From IMG/VR virus record IMGVR_UViG_3300006141_000001: 64,000 bases of DNA, one strand, 5' to 3'. Both the position numbers and the translations under genes were made by a program. Below, piece by piece: positions 1 through 10,419 of the stretch; the first letter of the stretch is position 1, and each line of letters begins with the position of its first letter. The notes under the pieces were generated by a model. The model searched no databases, had not been told where the DNA came from, and saw only the letters and a list, made by a program, of their open reading frames with translations. Source of the stretch: a virus.

Positions 1-29
1 TTATGCATTATTAACCCAATGAATCGGAG

Positions 30-236
30 GTGAGGAATATGGAAAACTATTTTTATAGGCTGGTCTGCGTAGACGAGCATAACCCATTGGAATATTCCGT
101 ATTAAAAGATGAGACTATCGGCGAATTAGAAGCAGTATATGAATATATTGGCCAGCATATTGGAGATTACACACCAGAACTGACTAAGTGGATGCTATTT
201 CCAGTAAGAAGAGATGACGTGATTGTAAGAAAATAA
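30..236 (+). CDS. hypothetical protein
   Basis: 68-aa ORF with a GGAGG-like RBS near the start; no recognisable motif. Confidence 0.5.
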   Translation: MRNMENYFYRLVCVDEHNPLEYSVLKDETIGELEAVYEYIGQHIGDYTPELTKWMLFPVRRDDVIVRK

Positions 237-475
237 AATCGAAACTTGGGGTTGCTTTTGCAGGTTCTTTTTTGTTTTGGAAAGGAAGATTAGATGGATA
301 TGTTTTTATCGGAAGATATTGTTAATTAGCGAAAAGAATTCAGAAATTAAAAATTCTATAATAAATACTTTATCTGTAAATAATTATACAATTTCACAGA
401 CAAAGTATTTATTTAATAATATCATTGAACAATTTGAGAGAAATACGTCAGTAAGTAAGGTTACTGTAAAATAGA

Positions 476-655
476 TTAAAGTATATTAGGCAGATAATTA
501 TGTGCAATTGCTTCAAAGAAAGATTGATATGTTTTTGCAAATTCATTAACGATATCTGGAATTTCTTTAGAATCGCTTTTAAATATGCCGTTTTCCTTTA
601 AATACTCGATAGATAATTCCTGCGCCAACGATTTCGCTTTTTCTCTATTCATCAT
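476..655 (-). CDS. small hypothetical protein (59 aa, below ORF-track cutoff)
   Basis: Minus-strand ORF MMNREKAKSLAQELSIEYL... preceded by GGAGGT. Confidence 0.5.
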   Translation of the reverse strand: MMNREKAKSLAQELSIEYLKENGIFKSDSKEIPDIVNEFAKTYQSFFEAIAHNYLPNIL

Positions 656-735
656 TTTTTACCTCCATAAATTTATTGTTATCGTAATATTAACATTTTT
701 AGAAGGAAAAGTAAATATTATTCGGAGGTGATTTT

Positions 736-921
736 ATGGCTAAATTAAATTTAAGGCAATCTTGTTACAGAGGTAGTGGTATTGAAAATGCAGTTGTCAA
801 AGAAATTCATAGAACATCTGCACATAAAACATTGGTTGATGAGGCCAATAAGGAAATAGAGAAGAATAGGATTCGTTATGCAACTGCATATAATAAAGCG
901 AAATCGTACTTGAGTAATTAA
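736..921 (+). CDS. hypothetical protein
   Basis: 61-aa ORF with GGAGGTG RBS. Confidence 0.55.
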   Translation: MAKLNLRQSCYRGSGIENAVVKEIHRTSAHKTLVDEANKEIEKNRIRYATAYNKAKSYLSN

Positions 922-972
922 GATGTTTTTAGATATATTGTTTCAATATTTTTATGAACAAAGGAGTATTTA

Positions 973-1395
973 ATGGCAAAATATAAAACATATAGCGCAT
1001 TGGTTAATGCTATGAATAAGAATGTGAATATTGCAGTAAAGAATGCCTGTTATAGAATTTTAGGAAGTTTGCAGGAAATTATTGATTCAGAGTTTTATGA
1101 TCTTTTTGAACCAGACTTTTATAAACGAACTTATCAATTTTGGAAATCGGCAACTACAAAAATGATAAACCGAAATTGTGGGCAAGTTTTTATGGATAAG
1201 TCTGCCATGAATTATAATAGTTTTTGGACTGGTGAAAAACAGCTTCTTGCTGCTTCTATTGGGTCTCATGGCGGCTGGGTTACAGAAGAAACAAAACAGC
1301 ATAGATTTTGGGATGTATTTATTGATTTTTGCGAAAATAACGCTGTGAACATCCTACGAGAAGAACTTTCAAAACAAGGCATAAAAACTAAATAA
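973..1395 (+). CDS. putative tail-associated protein immediately upstream of the tape measure gene
   Basis: AAGGAG RBS; function inferred from position only. Confidence 0.5.
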   Translation: MAKYKTYSALVNAMNKNVNIAVKNACYRILGSLQEIIDSEFYDLFEPDFYKRTYQFWKSATTKMINRNCGQVFMDKSAMNYNSFWTGEKQLLAASIGSHGGWVTEETKQHRFWDVFIDFCENNAVNILREELSKQGIKTK

Positions 1396-1462
1396 GATTC
1401 CTGTGGCGGATGTTAATAATTAGCATACGCCTTTTAATACTTAAAAGAAGGAGGCATGTGGA

Positions 1463-4400
1463 ATGAATGATTTTATTGTCCAGCTTATAGCAAGATTAGA
1501 TGCGACAAAAGTGAGCGGTGATATAAAAAAAATAGAAGAGCAACTAAAATCTAAAGGCATAAAATTAAAGCCTGTTATTGACTCATCTGTGACTAAACAA
1601 GAATTGCAAAATTTGTCTGTAGAATTACAATCAATATTAAAAAAATCTGGACTGAATATTGATACGAGTAAAATTCTCAGTTCCATCAACCAGATTATTA
1701 GAGAAACTAATAAGGTTGAAAAAGCTATTGTTTCATACACTAATAAATTAAATGATTTTAAGACAAAATACTCAGAAGCCAGTATTGATTACAGTAGTTT
1801 TGAAAAAGTATTTACTCAATTTAAAAATGGTGAGAAAACTTTGAATGAATTAAGCGTTGCTTGGAATAGGTTAAATAACACTGCAAAGCAAGGCACGCAG
1901 AATTTAAAAAGCAAGTCCTCATCTTTTGACCCAATCCAGCAAACACTAAATGATATGAGAAACTTACCTTCTAATTTGACTTCTTTAGAGAAAAGTATGT
2001 CCTCGCTAAAAGACAAATCTAGTTTGGCTGGAGTTTCCATAAAAGACTTAATGACAGAATATGAGGGTTTGAAAAATGAAATGTCACAAAGCAATGGAAA
2101 AGTCCCATTAACAGATGATTGGACTTTAAGATATAGGACTTTAATGGAAACTGTTCAATCTTTAACGAAACAGGTTGAAACATTAAAAAAAGTCGAAGCT
2201 TCAGATAATTCACAAGTTACAAAACAAGCGAATTATTATTCTACTATTCTATCCAACTATAGGCAGATATACTCTTTAAAGCAAAAGCTATTAACTGCTG
2301 GTAAAGAAGAAGAAAAAATCATCAAAGAACAGCTTCGTTCTCTTAGAGCAAGCAATGCAGCAACTTATAAGCAGTTATCATCTCATGGTTTAAAAGATAA
2401 AGGTTGGCAGTCACAGGTCAATGATTTTAAAAAAAGTGCAGAATATAGTTTGCGGGCGGCAGAAGCAAGGCAAAAAGATAAACAAGCAACTGCTGATGCT
2501 ATAAATGCGGAAAAACAACGGCAAGCGAATTTAAAAGAATCAAACAATATTATTAAAGAGTTGGAAAAATCTTATAATAATATAAGCAAATTACAGATAA
2601 AGAAAAGCACTCTTGATCCATCTGTTGATTCTGAAAAAATCACGAAGCTAAGCCAGGAAATAGCCCTAGCGAAAAGGGAATATGATGCACTTTTGTCTTC
2701 TTATAGCAAGAATAAAAATTTTGATAATTCTGCGTGGAAAAATGTTAAATCTGATATAGATGCCGCAACAAAAAGCGCAATTGAATATAATAATGCTTCT
2801 AAAACTGATTACATAAATAAGCAAAAAGAAAGTTTTTCTATTAATCTCGCTGCTCTAAAAACTTCATTAATAGAAAGTGGAACGTATACAGATGAACTAA
2901 AACAAAAGATTTCTTTGCTAGAGTCCGAACTTGAGAAAGTTTCAAATAAGGGGGATCTGTCCACTTTTAAAAATAATTTAAAATCCATACAAACTGAAAT
3001 CAGTTCATTAACATTGGCAAATAAAATTCAATTGAAAGTTGACAGCGGAGATTCTGAGTCAAGGGTTGAAGCACTTATCGCAAAAACCAATCAATGGACA
3101 GACGTTAATGGAAATGCCAGGATTAGTACGACCAGTTTAAGTCAGGCATTGAATGAATTGACTGCTGCTTCTGAGGCTTACAGAAATAATAATACAGGAG
3201 AAACCCAGAAACGTCTTATTACCGCAAACGAAAAACTTACTGAGGAATACAATAAGGTGACAAGTGCCGTAAGGAGGATGAATGCCACATATGCGAAGGA
3301 TACTGATATCGCTTCTCTACACAATAAGATTGGGGATTTTATTGGGAAAAATGGGGATATCATAAAACATCTCGGCACTGACCTGAATGCGATGTTTAGC
3401 CAAACAGCAAAAGGTTCCCAAATTACAACCCAGGAACTGGCCGCATTAGAGCAGAAATTTATAAGTGTGAAAAATGCCGCCAATCAAATTCAAATGGCAA
3501 ATGCCATACACCTAAAAATAGAAACTGGTGAATCAGAGTCAAAAGTTGCGGCATTGATTGACAAGACAAAGCAATGGACTGACGTGAATGGTAATGCAAG
3601 GATCAGCACATCTAATCTATCTTCTGCCCTACATGAATTAGTCACTGCTTCAAACGAATACGCAGGCAATAAGACAGAAACTGCACAGAAAAAATTGATT
3701 GCGTCCAATGAGAAATTAGATGCGGAGTATAAAAAAGTCGCAAATTCTATAAGGCAGACGAATGCAGAGCTGGCAAAGGATTCTGCTGTGGCCTCCCTGC
3801 ATAATAAAGTTTCTGAATTTATGGGAAAGAATGGCAAAGCTGTAAAATATTATGGCACACAGCTAAAAGATATATTCGACAAGACTGCCCAAGGCTCTGA
3901 AGTGTCGAAACAAAAATTGGCACAGCTAAACCAGGAGTTTATAAAATTACAGAATACAGCAAGGGCTAACGGGAAGCTTGGAAAAACATTTTTCCAGACT
4001 ATAAGGGAAGGGATGAGTTCTTTTTCTTATTGGACAAGTTCTACTTTTATGGTAATGAAGGCTATCCAGTCCGTCAAAAGCGGGATAAGCACTATCAAGG
4101 AACTGGACACTGCTTTGGTTGACTTAAAAAAGACAACTACCATGACAGCAAGTGAGCTGGAGGAATTTTATTATGACGCGAATGAGACTGCTAAGGAAAT
4201 GGGCGTTACTACCCAGCAGATTATAGAACAGGCATCGGCGTGGTCAAGGTTAGGATTTTCCAGTGCAGACGCAGCCACTAAAATGGCGAAATATTCCTCT
4301 ATGTTTAAAACAATATCTCCTGGGATGGATTTAGATTCTGCCACCGATGGTCTTGTTAGCATTATGAAGGCTTTTAAAATTGGGCTGGATGATTCTGATG

Positions 4401-4821
4401 AAGTGGTAGACGGAATTATGAGCAAGATTAATGTCATCGGGAATAGTAAGGCATTAAATAATTCAGATATAGTTGAATTTTTAAGGCGTTCTTCTAGTGC
4501 TATGGCTGAAGCCAATAATAGTCTTGAGGAAACCATAGCCCTCGGTGAAGCGGCTGTGGAGATAACTAGAGATGCCTCAAATACAGGGCAAGTTTTGAAG
4601 ACTACAAGTATGAGAATTAGGGGTTATGACGAGGAAGCACAGAGCTATACAGAAGAATTAGAAAATCTTAAAGGGGAAATTGCAGATTTAACAAAAACAG
4701 CAAAAACCCCAGGAGGAATCAGCCTCTTTACTGATGACACAAAAGAAACTTATAAATCTACATATAAAATTATAGAAGAAATCTCTGAAATATGGGATGA
4801 CCTTACAGATAAAAATCAGGC
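1463..4821 (+). CDS. tape measure protein, exon 1
   Basis: Long helical/coiled-coil ORF with TP901-type TMP core (ELDTALVDLKK...SAWSRLGFS...RIRG...IWDDLTDKNQ). The annotated ORF reads through into intron 1 and stops at 4858. Confidence 0.88.
3017..3960 (+). repeat. in-frame tandem duplication (period 480 nt / 160 aa) within TMP exon 1
   Basis: ANKIQLKVDSGDSESRVEALIAKTNQWTDVNGNARIST at 3017 vs ANAIHLKIETGESESKVAALIDKTKQWTDVNGNARIST at 3497. Confidence 0.9.
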
Positions 4822-5299
4822 AAACAATATGTGCCTGTATGTACAGAAATGTGCATAATATAACACATCTAAAACCAGTAAAACCTAAAGCTCTATCACT
4901 ACAATACGGATGAAATATGCTGGTATGAATGTAACGAAAGTAAAACAACGATAGAGATTCCATATGGCCAAAAGCCTAAGTGGAGATTTTGTCAATTTTA
5001 TATAAATTGAAAATGGTAGCTTGGTCGCAAAGTCCCGAATAGGGATACGTCAAACGACTAGATCCATGTAGGGGTTTGGGCTAGAGAATAAAGGTAAAAT
5101 CCTGAATATCCAAACCTATAATCGTAGGGCGCAAATATATGGCGTGGGTGAGAACCCCTTAAATCGAAACGGTGTGGCTGCTACTCTAATCAGAGTGTGG
5201 TTAAAAAATAGTCTAAACATCTATGGAAACATAGAGATGTTATTGGTTAATTAAATGAGTCTGATTAACTCAAAAAAATATAAGCAGGATAGATAATAT

Positions 5300-5473
5300 A
5301 TGAAGAAATTTGACAAAGAATATTCGACACAATATACTCCTGAAAAAGAATATCTGTCAAAAAAAGGAATTAAACCTTCTTTTGTAAAAATTATAAATGG
5401 AGTAACCACATATAAGTATAAAAAGACACCAGAACTATTTTTAGCTCTAGTGTCTTTTTACATGAAGAAATAA
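5300..5473 (+). CDS. small intron-encoded protein (57 aa) upstream of the endonuclease
   Basis: ORF MKKFDKEYSTQYTPEKEYLSKKGIKPSF...KTPELF read directly; below track cutoff. Confidence 0.6.
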   Translation: MKKFDKEYSTQYTPEKEYLSKKGIKPSFVKIINGVTTYKYKKTPELFLALVSFYMKK

Positions 5474-5507
5474 ATATATGAAAGGATAATAAACTGGTGA
5501 TAATATT

Positions 5508-7019
5508 ATGAAATGGACTTCTGAAGAAGAACGAATAATAAAAGATAATTATAAAAATATGTCTGATATTCAATTGATGAATCTTTTACCAAATAGATCT
5601 AAATCTAGTATAGAATCAAAAAGAAAAGACATGGGATTTATTAGACCAAAATATAAAAAATATTCTTTTGATGATGTTATTGATGAATTTTCTAATAGGA
5701 ATAATTATATTTTATTATCAACAAAAGATGAATTTATAGACTGTAATTCAAAAATGAGGTACATCTGCAAATTACATACAAATAAAGGCGAACAATATAT
5801 ATCATTAAATCATATGATGTCAGGAAGAGGATGTAAATATTGTGGCAGAAAACTTGCCGCTCAAAAAACGATGATTCATCTTGATAAAGAATCTGACAAA
5901 AAATTGTGCGAATCTAAAAATTTTGAATATGTAGATACGGTTAGAGAAAATGGCAAAATTAAAATTGTATTTATCTGCAATAATCACCGAGATTTAGGAG
6001 AGCAAAAGGTATTAAAAAGCAATATGAATCGCAATCAAGGATGCAAGTATTGCTGTGGCAAAGAATTGCCAGAGTGGTATGTGTTGCAAAAATCTCATAA
6101 AATAAACCCAAATATAAAATTATTAGAGCCCTATAAGAATTTAACAACTCGTATAAAATGCTTATGCACGAAACATAATCTTGAGACAAATAAAACAATG
6201 CAACAAATATTAAAAGGACAAGGATGTTGTCTTTGTGGGAGTGAAAAATTATCAAAACAAAAATTTCTTTCTATTGATGAAGTCCAAAACAGTATTAATA
6301 AATATAACCCGCATATTAAAATACAAAAATATAATGGGGCAAACGTTGAATCTACTTTTTATTGCCTAAAGCATAAAAAGATATTCAAAAAATGCTATAG
6401 CACATTATTACATCGTAAAAGCGGATGTGATGAATGTTATGCTGAAAACATTCGCGAAAGACAAGGAATGGGGATTGAGGAATTTAAAAATAGATTGCAA
6501 AAAGTACATCCAGAATTAATAGTGACTGGGGAATATGTAAATAATTCAACACCAATTAATGTATATTGCCAGAAACATAATTATGAATATGCTCTTACTC
6601 CTGTTGCATTATTAGATAGATTGACCTGTTGCAATAAGACACGTATCACATATAAAGAAGAGAATATTTGTCAATTGTTAGAAAAGTGGGGATTTAATAT
6701 AACCAGGCAAAAAATATTTGATGACTGTATTGATAAGCGCGCTTTGCCTTTTGACATTTATTTTGATGATTTCAATACAATTATAGAATATCAAGGAGAG
6801 CAACATTATAAGCCGATTAAATATTCTTCACAATCATATGACGATGCTAAAATCAAATATGAATATACCAAAAAACATGACAAAATAAAAAAAGAATATT
6901 GTAAAAAACACAAAATCAAGTTTATTGAAATTCCTTATTGGGAATTTGATGATTTAGAATATTTTTTATTTGATCAATTAGTTAAGAAGAAGATAATTAT
7001 AGAGAACAAAGCGGCATAA
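5508..7019 (+). CDS. intron-encoded putative homing endonuclease (Zn-binding repeats + C-terminal PD-(D/E)XK/Vsr-like nuclease)
   Basis: Repeated CxxH...GCxxC units; C-terminal LPFDIY...IEYQGEQHY...D..K motif; located in an intron stem loop. Confidence 0.8.
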   Translation: MKWTSEEERIIKDNYKNMSDIQLMNLLPNRSKSSIESKRKDMGFIRPKYKKYSFDDVIDEFSNRNNYILLSTKDEFIDCNSKMRYICKLHTNKGEQYISLNHMMSGRGCKYCGRKLAAQKTMIHLDKESDKKLCESKNFEYVDTVRENGKIKIVFICNNHRDLGEQKVLKSNMNRNQGCKYCCGKELPEWYVLQKSHKINPNIKLLEPYKNLTTRIKCLCTKHNLETNKTMQQILKGQGCCLCGSEKLSKQKFLSIDEVQNSINKYNPHIKIQKYNGANVESTFYCLKHKKIFKKCYSTLLHRKSGCDECYAENIRERQGMGIEEFKNRLQKVHPELIVTGEYVNNSTPINVYCQKHNYEYALTPVALLDRLTCCNKTRITYKEENICQLLEKWGFNITRQKIFDDCIDKRALPFDIYFDDFNTIIEYQGEQHYKPIKYSSQSYDDAKIKYEYTKKHDKIKKEYCKKHKIKFIEIPYWEFDDLEYFLFDQLVKKKIIIENKAA

Positions 7020-7079
7020 TCAACCGTTGCAATAATTAACCAATAACTCGTAAACGTTATGAACTTACGGAATACAATG

Positions 7080-7224
7080 ACAATTGCTTGAAGCTTTAGC
7101 GGGGAAAAGAAATGGGCAGGCTTTAGCAGCTATCATCTCTAATTTTAATAGCGCCCGCGAATCAATGGAACTTATGGAAAATTCTGCTGGAAATGCAGAA
7201 AAGGAAATGTCAGTCGTTGTGGAC
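7080..7224 (+). CDS. tape measure protein, exon 2
   Basis: QLLEALAGKRNGQALAAIISNF...NSAGNAEKEMSVVVD is the expected TMP continuation. Confidence 0.85.
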
Positions 7225-7766
7225 AAACAAAACTGTCCATATGTACAGAAATGTGCATATAGTTCATATTTAATTGCAGGTAATGCGTAAGAGCCTTGCA
7301 CCACAATAATCAGGAAACTAGATTATGAAGGTACGAAAGTAGAAAAAACGCAAGGATGGTATATGGTCAAAAACCTAAGTACTACTCTTATATCAAAAAG
7401 AGAAAATCGCTGTTCATGCAGCCAAACACCCTAACGTATCCCATAGACCATATGGTATTTGAGTCGAGGGTGGAGGTTCAACGATCATTCCCCGTAAGGG
7501 GATTTAGGAATACTGAAAATTCAGTTATAAAATAAAGGTGGAAATCCTGAATACCTAAATCAAAAGAAGTACGGCTTAATCGCAAATGAAGTCGGTGAAA
7601 CTCCGTTAAATGGAAAAGGTATGCTCTTAACACATAATGGTGAAGATGGAAAAATGATCTAAACATCCATGGAAACATGGAGATGCTATTGGTTAACTTA
7701 GAAAATAAACATATTATATTTTAACCAATAACTAATTGGATGTTGCGAATCCGATTGAATATTTTG
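7225..7766 (+). mobile_element. group I intron 2 in TMP gene (no ORF)
   Basis: P1 TGGAC/GTCCA; P10 ACT/AGT; P element AATTGCAGG; R GTTCAACGATCA (7476-7487) pairs with S TGATCT (7655-7660); terminal G 7766. Joining gives VVD-SIDYKLNRLKET in frame. Confidence 0.87.
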
Positions 7767-7967
7767 AGTATCGACTACAAACTAAACCGTCTCAAGGAAA
7801 CAGCCACTGGCACAGCCCAGAACTTATTCAAACGCGAAGACATGAAAACCATCATAGATGGATTGACAGGTCTTTTAAGCGTAATTGACTCATTAACAGA
7901 GAAATTAGGCATATTAGGAACCATAGGATTTGGTGCAGGCCTATTCGCTGGGATTAAAAACGTCGGT
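7767..7967 (+). CDS. tape measure protein, exon 3
   Basis: SIDYKLNRLKETATG...GLFAGIKNVG, TMP-like, with no RBS or start of its own. Confidence 0.82.
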
Positions 7968-8410
7968 AAGCCTAAAATGCGTGGCTTCATATTTTAAACG
8001 TGCCGACAATAATATGTGTTCTTTAGGATACTAAAGTTTCCATATTATCGAATGCGGGATATACGCATGGTAAATAAATAACAGGGACAATATGCGGGAA
8101 AAATTGAGGTACAACGGCTGCGTAATGGCAGTATATCACTACTCTCCTGCCCATGGGAACGTGTGCAGGTTCGTAAAAACGTGACGCTCCTCCAATCCGC
8201 AGGGACAGGCCTATGATGGCAAGCCCTCACAGAGCGGCAACTCCCACAATAAGTCTATTTGAAACGATGCTTATTGAATATGCGCTCGGTGCTGCCTGGC
8301 ATGACAGGTCAATCCGTGAAAAGATTGTACAAATGCGGGAATCTTATCTCCTGCTCATGCAATGTGGAACCCTTATTGCCAAGGGTTGGTAAGAATGGCA
8401 ATATTAAAAT
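7968..8410 (+). ncRNA. catalytic core of group I intron 3
   Basis: GC-rich structured non-coding block with P, Q, R, S elements in correct order (TATGCGGGAA, AATCCGCAG, TCACAGAGCG, AATATGCGCTCG). Confidence 0.8.
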
Positions 8411-8522
8411 TTGTGTAACTCAGAAAAAAGTCGAAAATTTTTTAAAAAATTTATTATAAATTATATTTACAAATTTTACTAATTATGCTACTCTGAAAAT
8501 ATAAAAATTTCGGAGGTGTAAA

Positions 8523-9515
8523 ATGAAAACAGCCAGTAAGGAAAGAACATTACAATGGATTGTAAACCAACATAAAAAAGGAAATATTTCTTTTTCGCAC
8601 AAGCTACAGAGGCCGATTGGGCAATGGAATGCAAGAATGAAGTCCCTATTGATACACAGCCTTTTGTCTGGATTCCCAGTGAACCCCATTTATATAGTAG
8701 ATGAGGATGGAACGTTATATACGCTTGATGGATCGCAAAGAACTTCAACTTGCATCTCCTATATAAACAATGAATTTTCATTAAGCAAAGATACTCCCAA
8801 AATTGTAATTAAAAGCAAAAAAGATGGGGAAACCGTATCGACAGAGTATGATATAGCAGGCAAAAAATTTAGCAAATTAGACGAAGAGGTGAAATCGACC
8901 TTGCTTGCATGTAGTTTAGAATTTTGCACATTATCTGAATATACAGATAATGAGGTCAAGGAAATGTTCAAGAGACAGAATACTTCCAAGCCTTTAAATG
9001 GTAAATTATTGCGCATAGTCCATGAATCAGATGCCTTCAGTGATGCTGTATATTCACTTGCTACTCATCCATTTATGCTTAAAATCACAACGCCAACACA
9101 ACGTAAGAATGGGACAGATAGGGATTTAATCATCCAAACACTTATGCTTATGTGTACTGACAAGGAAAATGATTTTACTTCGTTTAGGACAAAAGACATT
9201 GATGCCTTTGTTCGTGATTATGGTGACAGTATTTTAAACAAGACAGAAGTATTGCAAACTGCACTGGACAATTTTAATAAATCATTTGACGAGATAAAAA
9301 TACCTGTCACATCTGTACCAATGGTGTTATATAGCGGATATCGTATAACCAAAGACAAGAAATCATTCTCAAAATTAGTTGAAATGATAAACGAATTCTT
9401 AAATGGATATGATGGGAACGAAGAATATAAGAAGTATGTGCAATCCGGAACAAGCAATTCTGATAATGTCCGTGGAAGGTTTGATTATTGGAGGGAAAAA
9501 ATCAAGACGGCATAA
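8523..9515 (+). CDS. DUF262 (ParB-like/GmrS-type) domain protein
   Basis: LQRPIGQW...LIHSLLSGFPV..IY...LDGSQR...F.RQN matches DUF262 QR/DGQQR motifs. Confidence 0.8.
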   Translation: MKTASKERTLQWIVNQHKKGNISFSHKLQRPIGQWNARMKSLLIHSLLSGFPVNPIYIVDEDGTLYTLDGSQRTSTCISYINNEFSLSKDTPKIVIKSKKDGETVSTEYDIAGKKFSKLDEEVKSTLLACSLEFCTLSEYTDNEVKEMFKRQNTSKPLNGKLLRIVHESDAFSDAVYSLATHPFMLKITTPTQRKNGTDRDLIIQTLMLMCTDKENDFTSFRTKDIDAFVRDYGDSILNKTEVLQTALDNFNKSFDEIKIPVTSVPMVLYSGYRITKDKKSFSKLVEMINEFLNGYDGNEEYKKYVQSGTSNSDNVRGRFDYWREKIKTA

Positions 9516-9520
9516 ATTAT

Positions 9521-9556
9521 AGCCTGTAAGAAGAATGATTATTTTTCTTGCAGGCT
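9521..9556 (+). terminator. hairpin, probable terminator after DUF262 gene
   Basis: AGCCTGTAAGAAGAAT / ATTTTTCTTGCAGGCT inverted repeat. Confidence 0.6.
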
Positions 9557-9765
9557 TAATTTATAATATTACCATTTTTGTTACGCAAATATTAAGTTAT
9601 TATTAAATAAATGTTAATATACTTGACATTTAGTATTTTTGTGATACACTTTTGATGTTTAATTATATTGATTTGTTACATTTGTACAAAAATCGCTAAG
9701 AAACATTTGATTTTATTTACTATATTCACTAAATTTGATAATATTGTTTTAAAAGGAGGATTATT

Positions 9766-10401
9766 ATGAACAATATTGTCAATTTAAACACTAGGAGAAA
9801 AGATAAAATGAACAAAAATACACTTGTATCAAAATTAGAAGAACAACCAGGAAAAAGCTATACGATAACTCAAGCAGAAGATTTAGCAAAAGACGTATTA
9901 AAAATTTGTGGGTATGATAAATTAGTCGGAGCAATCCCTATAATTAAAGTTGCAAATAATTTTGGGTTTCGATGTGTAAAAGCAACTGTCCCAGAACATA
10001 TTTCTGGAAACATATTTGTAGGCGGTACGACTGAAAACATATATAAATCTGATAAAGTTATTGTTGTTGGAGATAACGAAGATCCAAAACATCAAAGATT
10101 TATTATTGCACATGAACTTGCGCACTACTTAATGGATTATATAGGGAGCGATAAATCAAAAAATCCAAATTTATTGTTTTCTGAAACATATTTAAAAGAA
10201 AATCATGATAACGATAAAGAAATGAGAGCTGATAGGTTTGCTGCTGAACTATTAATGCCATCCATGATATTTTTAAAGCAATTTCTTAAAGTGGCTGAGG
10301 CTTGTGATTATAATAGAAATTATATTATTTCTTACTTATCGAATTTCTTTAAAACTAAGAAAAGTAGTATTGAAAGACGTATAATAGAAGTTCTTTCATA
10401 A
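9766..10401 (+). CDS. ImmA/IrrE family metallopeptidase
   Basis: RFIIAHELAH (HExxH) and E.RADRFAAELLMP motifs. Confidence 0.88.
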   Translation: MNNIVNLNTRRKDKMNKNTLVSKLEEQPGKSYTITQAEDLAKDVLKICGYDKLVGAIPIIKVANNFGFRCVKATVPEHISGNIFVGGTTENIYKSDKVIVVGDNEDPKHQRFIIAHELAHYLMDYIGSDKSKNPNLLFSETYLKENHDNDKEMRADRFAAELLMPSMIFLKQFLKVAEACDYNRNYIISYLSNFFKTKKSSIERRIIEVLS

Positions 10402-10419
10402 AATATCGCGAGGGTAAAA

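Larger units (their letters stand above)
4822..7079 (+). mobile_element. group I intron 1 in TMP gene (ORF-containing)
   Basis: P1 CAGGC/GCCTG; R element ACGACTA (5054-5060) pairs with S element TAGTCT (5209-5214) as P7; GAAA-loop P9; 15-bp stem 5239-5253/7033-7047; terminal G 7079. Removal restores the frame DKNQA-QLLEALAGKR. Confidence 0.85.

Noticed and set aside
277-474. 65-aa ORF, and likewise 15555-15806
   Set aside because: AT-rich, low-complexity, weak start context; cannot be supported
7084-7997. ORFs 7084-7290 and 7740-7997 as independent genes or TMP pseudogene fragments
   Set aside because: They are exons plus intron read-through; the frame is restored exactly by intron removal
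7968-8410. Group II intron, retron or DGR interpretation
   Set aside because: No GUGYG start, no domain V and no reverse transcriptase in the window
8045-8459. Short ORFs 8045-8230 and 8259-8459
   Set aside because: Overlap the ribozyme core; no RBS or protein-like features
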